Shown here piece by piece: positions 8,401-15,675 of a stretch of DNA of 29,271 nt. Source of the DNA: Candidatus Eiseniibacteriota bacterium (GTDB lineage Bacteria; Eisenbacteria; RBG-16-71-46). The DNA is taken from positions 1-29,271 of the forward strand of contig JBGAOB010000021.1 in the NCBI GenBank assembly GCA_044222045.1, in the 5' to 3' direction. Both the position numbers and the translations under genes were made by a program. How positions within the stretch are numbered: the first letter of the stretch is position 1; every line of letters starts with the position of its first letter. Below the pieces are notes generated by a model that was not told the DNA's origin, searched no databases, and was given only the letters and a program-made list of their open reading frames with translations.

Positions 8401-9936
8401 GCCGAACGCCGTGAAGAACGTGGCCGGCGTGGTGCAGCCGTCCAGGTCGGTGACCGTGAAGATCTCGTCGAACCCGAGGCTCAGCCGGTCGCGCCACGTG
8501 CCGGGCGCGAGCGGATCGTCCTCGTTCGACGAGTCCCAGATGTCCTGCAGCACCGCGCCGAGGAAGCCCTCGGTGCGCCACACGTCGTCGAGCGACGTGC
8601 TGCAGTTCTGGATCGACTCGCTGTCGCGCGTGTTGACGGCAGCGACGCCGTACAGCGCACCGTATTCCGACGTCTGCACGTGCGCGATCCAGTTCGGCCA
8701 GCCCTCGGCCCACGCATCGTGGTCGGTCTCGCGGCACCACATGCAGTGCCCGCAGTTCGGAGGCGAGTCGCAGATGCCGTTGCAGTAGTCGGGCGGCAGC
8801 GACGAGCCGTAGCCGGCGATGAAGTGGTGGCCGTACTCGTGGGACTGCGAGTCCTCGCGCCACTGGCGGTCGGTGCCGATGTGGATGGCGCCGTTGTAGT
8901 AGGCGCCGCTCGCGCCGTCCGGCCAGTACACGTCGATCGCCGACAGCGAGTAGCCCTCGTTGACGACGTACCAGCGCCACTGGCGGCTCATGTCGGTGAT
9001 GATCATCACCGCGGGCTGGTCGGCCTCGGCCGCGGGCCACAGCCAGCCGTAGTCGAGGTCGGTGCCCGTGTAATCGCCCGTCGTGCCGGTGGTCCAGCTG
9101 TAGGCGCCGGCCCCGAACGTGGTGCTCTTGACGCTGAAGCGGCCGTTCGCCGCCTCGAACGTGAGGTACAGATCGGGCTCCGCGTCGCAGAACACGGCGC
9201 ACGGGTTCCAGAAGAACGTGATGTCGTACCAGCCCTGGGCGTCGGTGATGCCGGTGGCCAGCAGTTCGGATCCGAACGGCGAGTCGTTGTCGTACACGCG
9301 CACGGTCACGCCGTCCGCGCCGATGTCGATGCCGTCGCCGCGCGTGAACAGGAAGCGTCCGTGCACGCGGATGTTGCGCGCCTGCACGACTTCCGTCTTG
9401 CTCGCGCCGGGGTCGGCGCCGCGCGCGCGGCGCTGTGCTTCGGTCGGCTGCGGCGGCGCGGGCGCCGGCTCCAGCCGCATCATCTCCGCCGGTGCGGGCC
9501 GCGCGAGCGGATCGACCGTGCCGCGCGCCACGAGCTTGCCGGGCTCGAGCCAGCGCCGCACGGAGGCGGCCGAGAGGTCCAGTTCGCGTGTCATCGGCAC
9601 GCCGTCGGCCTCGTAGTGCACGACGAGCGGTTCGTCGTCACGCGAGGGCTTCACCACGAACGGCACGTCCACCGTACCGCCCTTGGCGAGCGTGGCGAGC
9701 AGGCCGTCCACCGACACCACGGACCAGCCGTCGCCTTTCAGTTCCAGGTTCGACAGTCGCAGCGGTGCACCCACCGTGAAGCGCAGCGTGCCCGCGAACT
9801 CCTGGCCCGCCACCGCGGCACGCGGTGCGCCCAGGAGGGTCACTTCCACCGGCGGCTTCACGTCGGCCCGGGCCGGCCGTACGCCGACCAGGACGAACGC
9901 CGCGAGGCACGCCAGCGCGATCCAGCGCTTTCGCAT
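5491..9936 (-). CDS. Large secreted modular protein (1481 aa). It has a signal peptide, an N-terminal beta-sandwich domain, a putative zinc-metallopeptidase region (SHEYGHHF HEXXH motif followed by a Cys-rich segment), an FN3-like domain, and two tandem modules each made of a CARDB-like domain plus a second beta domain. It ends in a C-terminal T9SS-type (Por_Secre_tail / FlgD-Ig-like) sorting domain.
   Basis: Track ORF 5491..9936(-), whose ATG is preceded by GAGGAGG. The signal peptide is MRKRWIALACLAAFVLVGVRPARA. HEYGHH lies at aa 366-371 with CNGICDSPPNCGHCMWC downstream. The FN3-like signature is TPGTYWFNIRAVDRAGRWS. CARDB-like ends are DAADEIAETNEGDNAWG and DPNNDQEEIWENNNAFG. The C-terminus NPVRTSTAVQFEL...VFDLHGARVRTL...GVYLVRFR...KVIKLR matches the T9SS CTD consensus. 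Confidence 0.85.
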   Translation of the reverse strand: MRKRWIALACLAAFVLVGVRPARADVKPPVEVTLLGAPRAAVAGQEFAGTLRFTVGAPLRLSNLELKGDGWSVVSVDGLLATLAKGGTVDVPFVVKPSRDDEPLVVHYEADGVPMTRELDLSAASVRRWLEPGKLVARGTVDPLARPAPAEMMRLEPAPAPPQPTEAQRRARGADPGASKTEVVQARNIRVHGRFLFTRGDGIDIGADGVTVRVYDNDSPFGSELLATGITDAQGWYDITFFWNPCAVFCDAEPDLYLTFEAANGRFSVKSTTFGAGAYSWTTGTTGDYTGTDLDYGWLWPAAEADQPAVMIITDMSRQWRWYVVNEGYSLSAIDVYWPDGASGAYYNGAIHIGTDRQWREDSQSHEYGHHFIAGYGSSLPPDYCNGICDSPPNCGHCMWCRETDHDAWAEGWPNWIAHVQTSEYGALYGVAAVNTRDSESIQNCSTSLDDVWRTEGFLGAVLQDIWDSSNEDDPLAPGTWRDRLSLGFDEIFTVTDLDGCTTPATFFTAFGTRYPGYKENLWETAKNNAFEIDATAPGAVTGLASTSHTIGVSSPDPTVDLHWTRATDDWSGVGGYGVSVTAGGPAMPAATQNIGNVTSFTTSSLTPGTYWFNIRAVDRAGRWSGSYASWGPFIVRTPVPANLTYHLFSGWTTPVVPRPTNDATLGSCPPPTSLTGNTSSTYWNMGGTNNGEQSTGTGFQARVFADDEWQMWVSWGAIGAGGLYYAPNQGPISVRGGRHTFSVVHDAADEIAETNEGDNAWGHQWIWSPMDVTGAAVTSRFAPRHRTAGWSNVVDGSTLQYNADGLRFTTSGWWNAITLRPTDTSVDYDLRLHTASTGPANGFDTYTQWSSRVGELDAVLVNRNVVGYTTWDVGVVNWDGGISDYNYEHVRSLGIGFNSTYAATMASGSSMNLFEVYMGASQVGAVSFVVQVTDPDPGAVPLKMRWLDSTFTTGALSSLAGTAVTDANGLGRIDATVSNTGYHCLMVYRELDAGTAPVHYTVRIQRTPPDFVPYTAAGWYSPFVPRAAADGTGASVPAPTTLAGDVASTYFNFGNINQSPTASAPLYQEAYEDGGASSWWLSWGSYPAHAVGLFNWTNAWTVRGGRHTLSTIEDPNNDQEEIWENNNAFGEQWTWTPTTLALNASTVRSAPPEVTGGWDHGTTGSIYWNCDALRTPVFNSSYGWWGALAIMPTGSTSDFDPRLHEVSTGAKNGFETPLAQSYFGNGQSDYVMGNFNITAWRAFDVGVVKYGTGTSSYRAEVVGSTYLGTPNGRYGNYTIGPNQILDLYEVYLTAGRWGVDLFGVSGVVDLGLTLHPSDVAYLSKSTALPGGVSWLAGDDERETVIVDVPSNGYYCVAVWKVASDDLPRTATYLLQFEHGSVDAPERPTGATAFRGVSPNPVRTSTAVQFELAREQDATIEVFDLHGARVRTLSSGRLGAGVHRIEWRGDDEAGRGVEPGVYLVRFRCEERVDQRKVIKLR

Positions 9937-9946
9937 GGCAGCCTCC

Positions 9947-10486
9947 TCAGCGCGACGGGGTGACGGTGGGGGCGGGGCGCTTCTCGGGGTTCACGGGCAC
10001 CACGGGGTGCAGGATCCCGTCGATGACCTTGGCCAACTGCTGCGCGTCGGCCGTGCGGCCTTCCTTCTGGGCCCAGCGGAACTGGATGCGCAGCATCTCG
10101 AGCTCGGTGTCCTGCTTCATCTGCTGAAGCTCGGCCTGCAGCGCGAGCGTGGCGGCCGCGTCCGTCTTGGCCGCCGCGAGCTGCTTGCGCTTGAGCGTCA
10201 TCGCCTGGTCGCGCGCGTCCAGGTAACCGAGAAGCTCCGTCATCATCGGCGTGAGCCGGTGCGCCGGCTGGCGCACCAGCGGCGTCACGAGCGGCGGCTG
10301 CGCGACGGTGCCCTGGATCTCGTCGGCGTTCTCGGGGATCGCCGGCAGCGCGGACACCTTCGGCGGCTGCTGCGACGATCCGCTCGCGGTGGGCGCCACG
10401 CGCTCGGCGGCGAGCGCCGCCGTGGCGAGCGCCAGCGCGGCGATCAGCAGCACGAGCAGCGAAGCGAAGGGAAGGGACTTCGGCAT
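9947..10486 (-). CDS. Small secreted alpha-helical / coiled-coil protein (179 aa), possibly a Spy/CpxP (LTXXQ)-like periplasmic protein.
   Basis: Track ORF 9947..10486(-). The signal peptide is MPKSLPFASLLVLLIAALALATAALAA and the SD is ccGGAGGtacgccATG. The helical Q/A/K/E-rich core is ...RLTPMMTELLGYLDARDQAMTLKRKQLAAAK...LQAELQQMKQDTELEMLRIQFRWAQKEG. The stop lies 10 nt before the protease ATG, so it is probably co-transcribed. The Spy/CpxP assignment is low confidence. Confidence 0.6.
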   Translation of the reverse strand: MPKSLPFASLLVLLIAALALATAALAAERVAPTASGSSQQPPKVSALPAIPENADEIQGTVAQPPLVTPLVRQPAHRLTPMMTELLGYLDARDQAMTLKRKQLAAAKTDAAATLALQAELQQMKQDTELEMLRIQFRWAQKEGRTADAQQLAKVIDGILHPVVPVNPEKRPAPTVTPSR

Positions 10487-10544
10487 GGCGTACCTCCGGG
10501 TTGGGTGGGGGACCGGGTCCGAGGCGCGGCGACTCCGCCGCGGT

Positions 10545-11003
10545 TCAGCGGGGTGGATGCGGGGAGACGCCGGCGGGCCCTCGGGCCCGCTCGACCGCCT
10601 CGGGAGAGAGAACGAATTCCTTGCGAAGCCACTGGCGCGCGGCCTTCACCTGCAGCACGAGCGGCCGGTGCACGTCGCCGGGAGTCGCGCGGAACGAGAC
10701 GCTCCAGCGCTCGCCCGCGCGCAGCGTTCGCGGCAGCCGCGGCGCGAAACGCCCGATGCGCCAGCGCTCGCCGGACAGGCTCAGCGAGTCCACGGTGAGC
10801 GCCACGCCGGAGCGCAGCTCGAACGTGCCCGTGAACGCGCGCCCGGTGCGCGCGGCGCGCGGGGGGCCGCAGATGACCACTTCGACGGCGGGGCGCACGT
10901 CGGCGTGCGCCGGGTACGCCGGCACCAGCATCGGCGCGAGCACGCACACGAGGAGTGCGGCGCCGATGTCGCGGAGGGGGAACGCTGCGGGCGTGGTTCC
11001 CAT
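10545..11003 (-). CDS. Small secreted beta-sandwich protein (~152 aa), a standalone paralog of the N-terminal domain of the 5491..9936 protease.
   Basis: Track ORF 10545..11111(-), trimmed to Met37 at 11003, which gives the signal peptide MGTTPAAFPLRDIGAALLVCVLAPMLVPAYPAHA (gAAAGGccgtcgcATG). The mature part DVRPAVEVVICGPPRAARTGRAFTGTFELRSGVALTVDSLSLSGERW... aligns at ~30% identity with DVKPPVEVTLLGAPRAAVAGQEFAGTLRFTVGAPLRLSNLELKGDGW... of the protease. Confidence 0.6.
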   Translation of the reverse strand: MGTTPAAFPLRDIGAALLVCVLAPMLVPAYPAHADVRPAVEVVICGPPRAARTGRAFTGTFELRSGVALTVDSLSLSGERWRIGRFAPRLPRTLRAGERWSVSFRATPGDVHRPLVLQVKAARQWLRKEFVLSPEAVERARGPAGVSPHPPR

Positions 11004-11241
11004 GCGACGGCCTTTCGAAAGGCGCGGCGGCGGCGCGACCGCCGGTCGGTCGCGCGGTCGGGGGTTCGCGCCGTTCATGGGACGCCCGGATCGGTGCTTC
11101 GTCACGGACAATCTTCACGTGCTCCGGCCGGAGGGCGCTGGAAAGCGGTGTTCGTGCGGTGTGAAGAATGCCCGCGTCCGGTTGTCGCGGGCAGCGGTTT
11201 CGTCGCAGCATGCGTCGACTGGCCGATCGCGAGGAGGACAC

Positions 11242-12144
11242 GTGAGCGAAGCGTCCGGGCGGGGGCGCGGTCCGTGGAGGGTGCTTCGCCCGCTGGTGGG
11301 GATCGCGCTGGCGTGCACCGTGGCGAACGGAGCGTTCGCGGTGCCGGCGCGCGGCACGGTGCAGCGGCTGACGATGGCCGCCCCGAGCGTGGGCGACGAC
11401 GCGCGCACCGTGCGCGTGTACCTGCCGCCTTCGTACTTCACGCCGGAGGCCGCCGCGCGAACCTATCCCGTGATCGTGCTGCTGCACGGCTGGCCCGGGT
11501 CCGACGGCAACTGGTTCGAGATGGGGCACGCGCCGGACACCGCGGACTCGCTGATCGCGCGCGGTGCGATTCCCGAGGTGATCCTGGTGTGCCCGAACGG
11601 CGCCGGCGCCGGTGTGCTCGGGCGTTCGTACTGGATCGACTCGTGGGATGGACGCAAGCGGCTCGAGACGTACGTCGTGCACGACCTGGTCGCGTGGATC
11701 GACGCGCACTACCGCACGCGGCGCACACCGCAGGGTCGCGCCTTGATCGGCCTGTCGGAAGGCGGCGACGCGGCCGTGAACCTCGCGTTCCGGCACCCCG
11801 ACGTGTTCTCGGCGTGCGGCGCGCACAGCGCCGACTACGTGCTGCGCAAGGGTTTCGGCACCGGCGGCATCACGGGCCCCGAGCCGGGTGCGTCACGCCT
11901 GCTGCGCGAGAACAGCCCCGCGGAGTACGTCGACCAGGTGGTCGAGCGCGCGAAACGGCTGACGATCTACCTGGACTGCGGCACGGGCGACGAGTCGATC
12001 GGCGACAGCCGCGCGTTCCATCTCCGGCTGCAGGAACTGGGCGTGCCGCACGCGTGGCACGAATGGCCCGGCTCGCACACGTGGAGCTACTGGGGCACCC
12101 ACCTGCGAGATTCGCTGCTGGTGGTGGCGAACGCGCTGCGGTGA
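11242..12144 (+). CDS. Secreted alpha/beta-hydrolase of the 'putative esterase' family (esterase D / enterochelin-esterase-like fold), 300 aa.
   Basis: C-terminal 300 codons of track ORF 10501..12144(+). The start is a GTG at 11242 behind GAGGAGG (cGAGGAGGacacGTG). The N-terminus is signal-like (RVLRPLVGIALACTVANGAFA), and the motifs VIVLLHGWPGS and GLSEGG (GxSxG nucleophile) are present, followed by a conserved esterase C-terminal region. The exact start is moderately uncertain; an ATG at MAAPSVGDD is an alternative. Confidence 0.7.
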   Translation: MSEASGRGRGPWRVLRPLVGIALACTVANGAFAVPARGTVQRLTMAAPSVGDDARTVRVYLPPSYFTPEAAARTYPVIVLLHGWPGSDGNWFEMGHAPDTADSLIARGAIPEVILVCPNGAGAGVLGRSYWIDSWDGRKRLETYVVHDLVAWIDAHYRTRRTPQGRALIGLSEGGDAAVNLAFRHPDVFSACGAHSADYVLRKGFGTGGITGPEPGASRLLRENSPAEYVDQVVERAKRLTIYLDCGTGDESIGDSRAFHLRLQELGVPHAWHEWPGSHTWSYWGTHLRDSLLVVANALR

Positions 12145-12163
12145 GACGGCGTGAAACGTCGAA

Positions 12164-12188
12164 GGCCGGGCGGTGGCGCCGCCCGGCC
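12164..12188. terminator. Bidirectional terminator hairpin GGCCGGGCGG-tggcg-CCGCCCGGCC between the convergent esterase and POT transporter genes.
   Basis: Perfect 10-bp inverted repeat flanked by AA and TT. It lies between the stops at 12144 (+) and 12206 (-). Confidence 0.6.
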
Positions 12189-12205
12189 TTCGTGGCGAAG
12201 CCCCG

Positions 12206-13753
12206 TCAGTGCGCGTTGCCGCGATCGTGTGCCGAAACGACCTTGTCGAGCGGACGGCTCATCACGAACAGCACCAGCCCCGCGACGACGCCGATCCCCA
12301 GCATCAGGTAGAAGAAGTTCTCCTTCGGCATGGTCTCGTAGAACGTTCCGAGGTAGCCGGCCATGTAGTTGCCGATGAAGTTCGCGAGGAACCAGACGCC
12401 CATCATCATCGAGACGATGCGAGCGGGGGAGACCTTGGTCACGAACGAGAGACCGATCGGCGAGAGGTAGAGCTCCCCGATCGTGAACACGGCGGTCGAG
12501 CCGAAGAGCCAGATCAGGTTGCGCTTCGCGTCGGGCGCCATGCCGTGAGCGGCGACCACCAGGATGGCGAAGCCCAGGCCCAGGAGCGTGCAGCCGATCG
12601 CCATCTTCACGAGGCTCGAGGGCTCCTGGTTGCGCTTGGACTGCCAGTTCCAGAGCCCGATGAGCGCCGGCGTGAAGAACCAGATCATGAACGGGTTGAA
12701 CGCCTGGTACCACGTGGTCGGGATGGTGAAGCCGAACAGCTTCGGCCAGTGCGTGTTCTGGTCGGCCCAGACCTGGAGCGTGTTGCCCTGCTGCTCGTAC
12801 ACGGCCCAGAAGGCCGCCACGATGAAGCAGGCCACGAAGATCGCGATCACGCGCGGCCGTTCGTCGCGTGGCAGGCGGACGAGCCAGACCACGAGCGCGA
12901 GCAGGACGAGCCCCGCGAGGATGCCGCGCACCACGAGCGGCAGCGTCATCACGTAGAGCAGCCCGAAGATCATGAGCGTCACGCCGACCAGGTAGACCGC
13001 CACGCCCGCGATCGGCGCGGACTTCGACGGCGTCGGCGGGGGCTCGTCGGGCAGGTAGCGCTGGAACATCACGTAGCTGATCAGCCCGAGCACCATGCCC
13101 ACGCCGGCGGCGGCGAAGCCCCAGTGCCAGTGCTGGACGCCGTTGATGCTGGTCTGCCCCAGCGTGCCGCAGATCATCGGCGCGAGGAACGCGCCGACGT
13201 TGATACCGATGTAGAAGATCGAGAACGCGCTGTCCCTCCGATGATCGCCCTCGGGATAAAGCTTGCCGACCTGCGTCGAGATGTTCGGCTTGAAGCAGCC
13301 GTTGCCGAGGATCAGGAACATCAGCGCGGGGAAGAACAGGTTCTCCATCGCCATCAGGAAATGCCCGATCGCCATGAGCACGCCGCCGACGATCACGGCC
13401 CAGCGCCGGCCGAGCACGCGATCGGCGAGCAGTCCGCCGAAGAACGGCGTCAGGTAGACGAAGGCCGTGTAGAGGCCGTAGACCCACGACTGGAGCGGCT
13501 GGGGTGTCCACGCGTTGCCGAAGAGTCCCTGGAACACGTGGGTCACGTAGTCGAAGCCGAGCACCTTGGCGCCGACGTCGGGCTTCACGAACAGGAAGTT
13601 CAGCATGTAGAGCGACAGCAGCGCCCGCATGCCGTAGTAGCTCATGCGCTCCCACATCTCGGCGAAGAACAGCACGAACAGTCCGCGAGGGTGTCCGAGC
13701 CACGTGTCCGTGGACTTGGGCGCGGTCGCGGGCGGCGCGGTGGCGTTGGCCAT
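12206..13753 (-). CDS. Proton-dependent oligopeptide transporter (POT/PTR2 family, DtpT-like di/tripeptide:H+ symporter, MFS), 515 aa.
   Basis: C-terminal 515 aa of track ORF 12206..14020(-), trimmed to MANATAPP at 13753. The PTR2 signatures are GLFVLFFAEMWERMSYYGMRALL and FGGLLADRVLGRRWAVIVGG, and there are ~12 TM segments. Confidence 0.88.
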   Translation of the reverse strand: MANATAPPATAPKSTDTWLGHPRGLFVLFFAEMWERMSYYGMRALLSLYMLNFLFVKPDVGAKVLGFDYVTHVFQGLFGNAWTPQPLQSWVYGLYTAFVYLTPFFGGLLADRVLGRRWAVIVGGVLMAIGHFLMAMENLFFPALMFLILGNGCFKPNISTQVGKLYPEGDHRRDSAFSIFYIGINVGAFLAPMICGTLGQTSINGVQHWHWGFAAAGVGMVLGLISYVMFQRYLPDEPPPTPSKSAPIAGVAVYLVGVTLMIFGLLYVMTLPLVVRGILAGLVLLALVVWLVRLPRDERPRVIAIFVACFIVAAFWAVYEQQGNTLQVWADQNTHWPKLFGFTIPTTWYQAFNPFMIWFFTPALIGLWNWQSKRNQEPSSLVKMAIGCTLLGLGFAILVVAAHGMAPDAKRNLIWLFGSTAVFTIGELYLSPIGLSFVTKVSPARIVSMMMGVWFLANFIGNYMAGYLGTFYETMPKENFFYLMLGIGVVAGLVLFVMSRPLDKVVSAHDRGNAH

Positions 13754-13876
13754 GCGGGGGCCCTCGGTGTTGGGTGTGGGTCGGGAAACGGTCCGGCAGG
13801 ATAGTCGGGTCGGCTCGGCTCGCGCCACGAAAACCGGGTGGGCGCGTGGGGAGGGAGCACGGGCGTTTCGATCGAC

Positions 13877-13919
13877 GGACACCGGTGCTCCGATCGCAGG
13901 ACACCGGCGCTTCGATCGC
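13877..13919. promoter_or_regulatory. Tandem imperfect 21-bp direct repeat GGACACCGGTGCTCCGATCGC / GGACACCGGCGCTTCGATCGC (22-bp periodicity) in the divergent intergenic region between the POT transporter and pepT. Candidate operator.
   Basis: Read directly in the sequence. There are 2 mismatches between the copies, which contain the palindromic cores ACCGGT and CGATCG. They sit ~125 nt upstream of the POT start and ~200 nt upstream of the pepT start. Confidence 0.4.
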
Positions 13920-14120
13920 CCCGTGTCGTACTTCGCCCGCGCGCGGGTCCCGTCGCGTGCCGCCGCCTCGCCCCCCGGCCACCGGCACGCTCTCGCCCGC
14001 GCGCGGTCGAAGCACGCCACGGGGCCGGGGCGGCGCCGGCGCGCGGCGGTGATCCGGGGGGTTGCCTCGGCCGTTCGGCGCGTCTAGCGTGCCCGGCGGA
14101 CGCTCGCCCAGGAGATTCCC

Positions 14121-15377
14121 ATGACCCCCGCCGTCGCCGGCCGCACCTCGGTGCTGGATCGCTTCCTCCACTACGTCACGTACGACACCCAGGCCGATCC
14201 CGAATCGACCTCGATCCCGAGCACGACGAAGCAGTTGCTGCTGCTGGACCGGCTCGTGGAGGAGCTGAAGCAGCTCGGCATCGCCGACGCGGTGCGCGAC
14301 GAGTTCGGCATCGTGATGGCGACGCTGCCCGCCACCCCCGGGCGCGAGTCGCGACCGGTGATCGGGTTGCTCGCCCACGTGGACACGTCGCCCGAGATGA
14401 GCGGCGCCGACGTGCGGCCGATCGTTCACCACAACTGGGACGGCCGGGACATCGTGCTGCCCGACGATCCGAGCGCCGTGCTGCGGCCCTCGGAAGACCG
14501 TGAGCTGGCGGCCAAGCAGGGCGAGGACGTGATCACCGCGTCGGGCGCCACGCTGCTCGGCGCCGACGACAAGTCGGGCGTCGCGGTGATCATGGCCGCG
14601 GTCGAGTACCTGCTCGCGCACCCGGAGATCCCGCACGGGCCGGTGCGCGTGGCGTTCACGCCCGACGAGGAGATCGGTCGCGGCGTGAAGAAGTTCGACG
14701 TGGCGCGATTCGGCGCGCACTGCGCGTACACGCTCGACGGCGAAGGCCTGGGCAGCCTCGACGTGGAGACGTTCTCCGCCGACTCGATGACCGTGACGTT
14801 CCAGGGTTTCAACACGCACCCGGGGCTCGCCACGGGCAAGATGGTGAACGCGATCAAGCTGGCCGCGGACTTCGTGAGCCGGCTGCCGCGCAACGGGATG
14901 GCGCCCGAGACCACGGGCGGGCGCGACGGCTTCGTGCACCCGAACGTGGTGGACGCCAGCGTCGACCGCACGTCCGTGCGCTTCATCGTGCGCGACTTCC
15001 GCACCGAGGGTCTGAAGGAGAAGGAGGACTTCCTCGAACGACTGGCGCGCGAGACCGTGGCCGTGTGGCCGGGCTCGTCGGTGTCGTTCGAGGTGCGCGA
15101 GTCGTACCGCAACCCGCGCGAAACGCTCGAGAAGTTCCCGGCGATCGTGGACAACGCGCGCGAGGCGATCCGGCGCGTGGGACTGGAGCCGGTCGAGACG
15201 GCGATCCGCGGCGGCACCGACGGCTCGCTGCTGACGGCGATGGGGCTGCCGACGCCGAACCTGTTCTCGGGCCAGCACAACTTCCATTCGCGGCTCGAGT
15301 GGATCACGGCGCAGGACCTGGAGCGTTCGGTGGCGATGGTGGTGGAACTGCTCCGCGTGTGGGACGAGCGCGGCTGA
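14121..15377 (+). CDS. pepT: Peptidase T (tripeptide aminopeptidase), M20B family, 418 aa.
   Basis: Track ORF 14121..15377(+). The sequence RFLHYVTYDTQADPES...GLLAHVDTSPE...GADDKSGVAVIM...FTPDEEIG...GGTDGS carries the M20 metal-ligand motifs in PepT order. The SD is cccAGGAGattcccATG. Confidence 0.88.
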   Translation: MTPAVAGRTSVLDRFLHYVTYDTQADPESTSIPSTTKQLLLLDRLVEELKQLGIADAVRDEFGIVMATLPATPGRESRPVIGLLAHVDTSPEMSGADVRPIVHHNWDGRDIVLPDDPSAVLRPSEDRELAAKQGEDVITASGATLLGADDKSGVAVIMAAVEYLLAHPEIPHGPVRVAFTPDEEIGRGVKKFDVARFGAHCAYTLDGEGLGSLDVETFSADSMTVTFQGFNTHPGLATGKMVNAIKLAADFVSRLPRNGMAPETTGGRDGFVHPNVVDASVDRTSVRFIVRDFRTEGLKEKEDFLERLARETVAVWPGSSVSFEVRESYRNPRETLEKFPAIVDNAREAIRRVGLEPVETAIRGGTDGSLLTAMGLPTPNLFSGQHNFHSRLEWITAQDLERSVAMVVELLRVWDERG

Positions 15378-15393
15378 CCGGCGCCGATCGCGC

Positions 15394-15675
15394 ATGCGAC
15401 ACCTGGGCCGCCACTACGCGACGTCGTGCTCGACGCACTTCCTGGTGCAGATGCTGGTCGTGATCGTGCACTGGGCGGCCGGCGCGCACGCGATGGCGCA
15501 CAGCCCGTTCGGCCGCCTGCTGACGCGCGCCGAGTTCTGGCTGACGATGCCGTTCGTGCCGGTGCTCGACCGCCTGGGGCTGCAGCCGCTGGAGCCGTTC
15601 GCGTGGGTGCCGAACAGTCTCGTGTGGGGGGCGGCGCTGTTCCTGGTGTCGCTGCCGGTGGCCTGGCGGCGGTGA
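15394..15675 (+). CDS. Hypothetical small membrane protein (93 aa, two predicted hydrophobic helices), 16 nt downstream of pepT.
   Basis: Track ORF 15394..15675(+). It has near-uniform G/C at third codon positions. Hydrophobic segments are HFLVQMLVVIVHWAAGAHAMA and SLVWGAALFLVSLPVAW. There is no clear SD, so it may be translationally coupled to pepT. The exact start is uncertain. Confidence 0.35.
   Translation: MRHLGRHYATSCSTHFLVQMLVVIVHWAAGAHAMAHSPFGRLLTRAEFWLTMPFVPVLDRLGLQPLEPFAWVPNSLVWGAALFLVSLPVAWRR

Noticed and set aside
5608-9963. 1451-aa ORF on the plus strand, fully antisense to the protease gene. Similar giant antisense ORFs are 811..3087(+), 2997..5504(+), 12173..13804(+), 21072..24557(+), 21562..24894(-) and 27028..29091(-).
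   Set aside because: These are typical GC-rich shadow ORFs. The translations are Arg/Ala/Gly/His low-complexity with no recognisable motifs. In each case the opposite strand or an alternative frame encodes a clearly recognisable protein family (protease, MmsA, OPT, POT, IleRS, flotillin).
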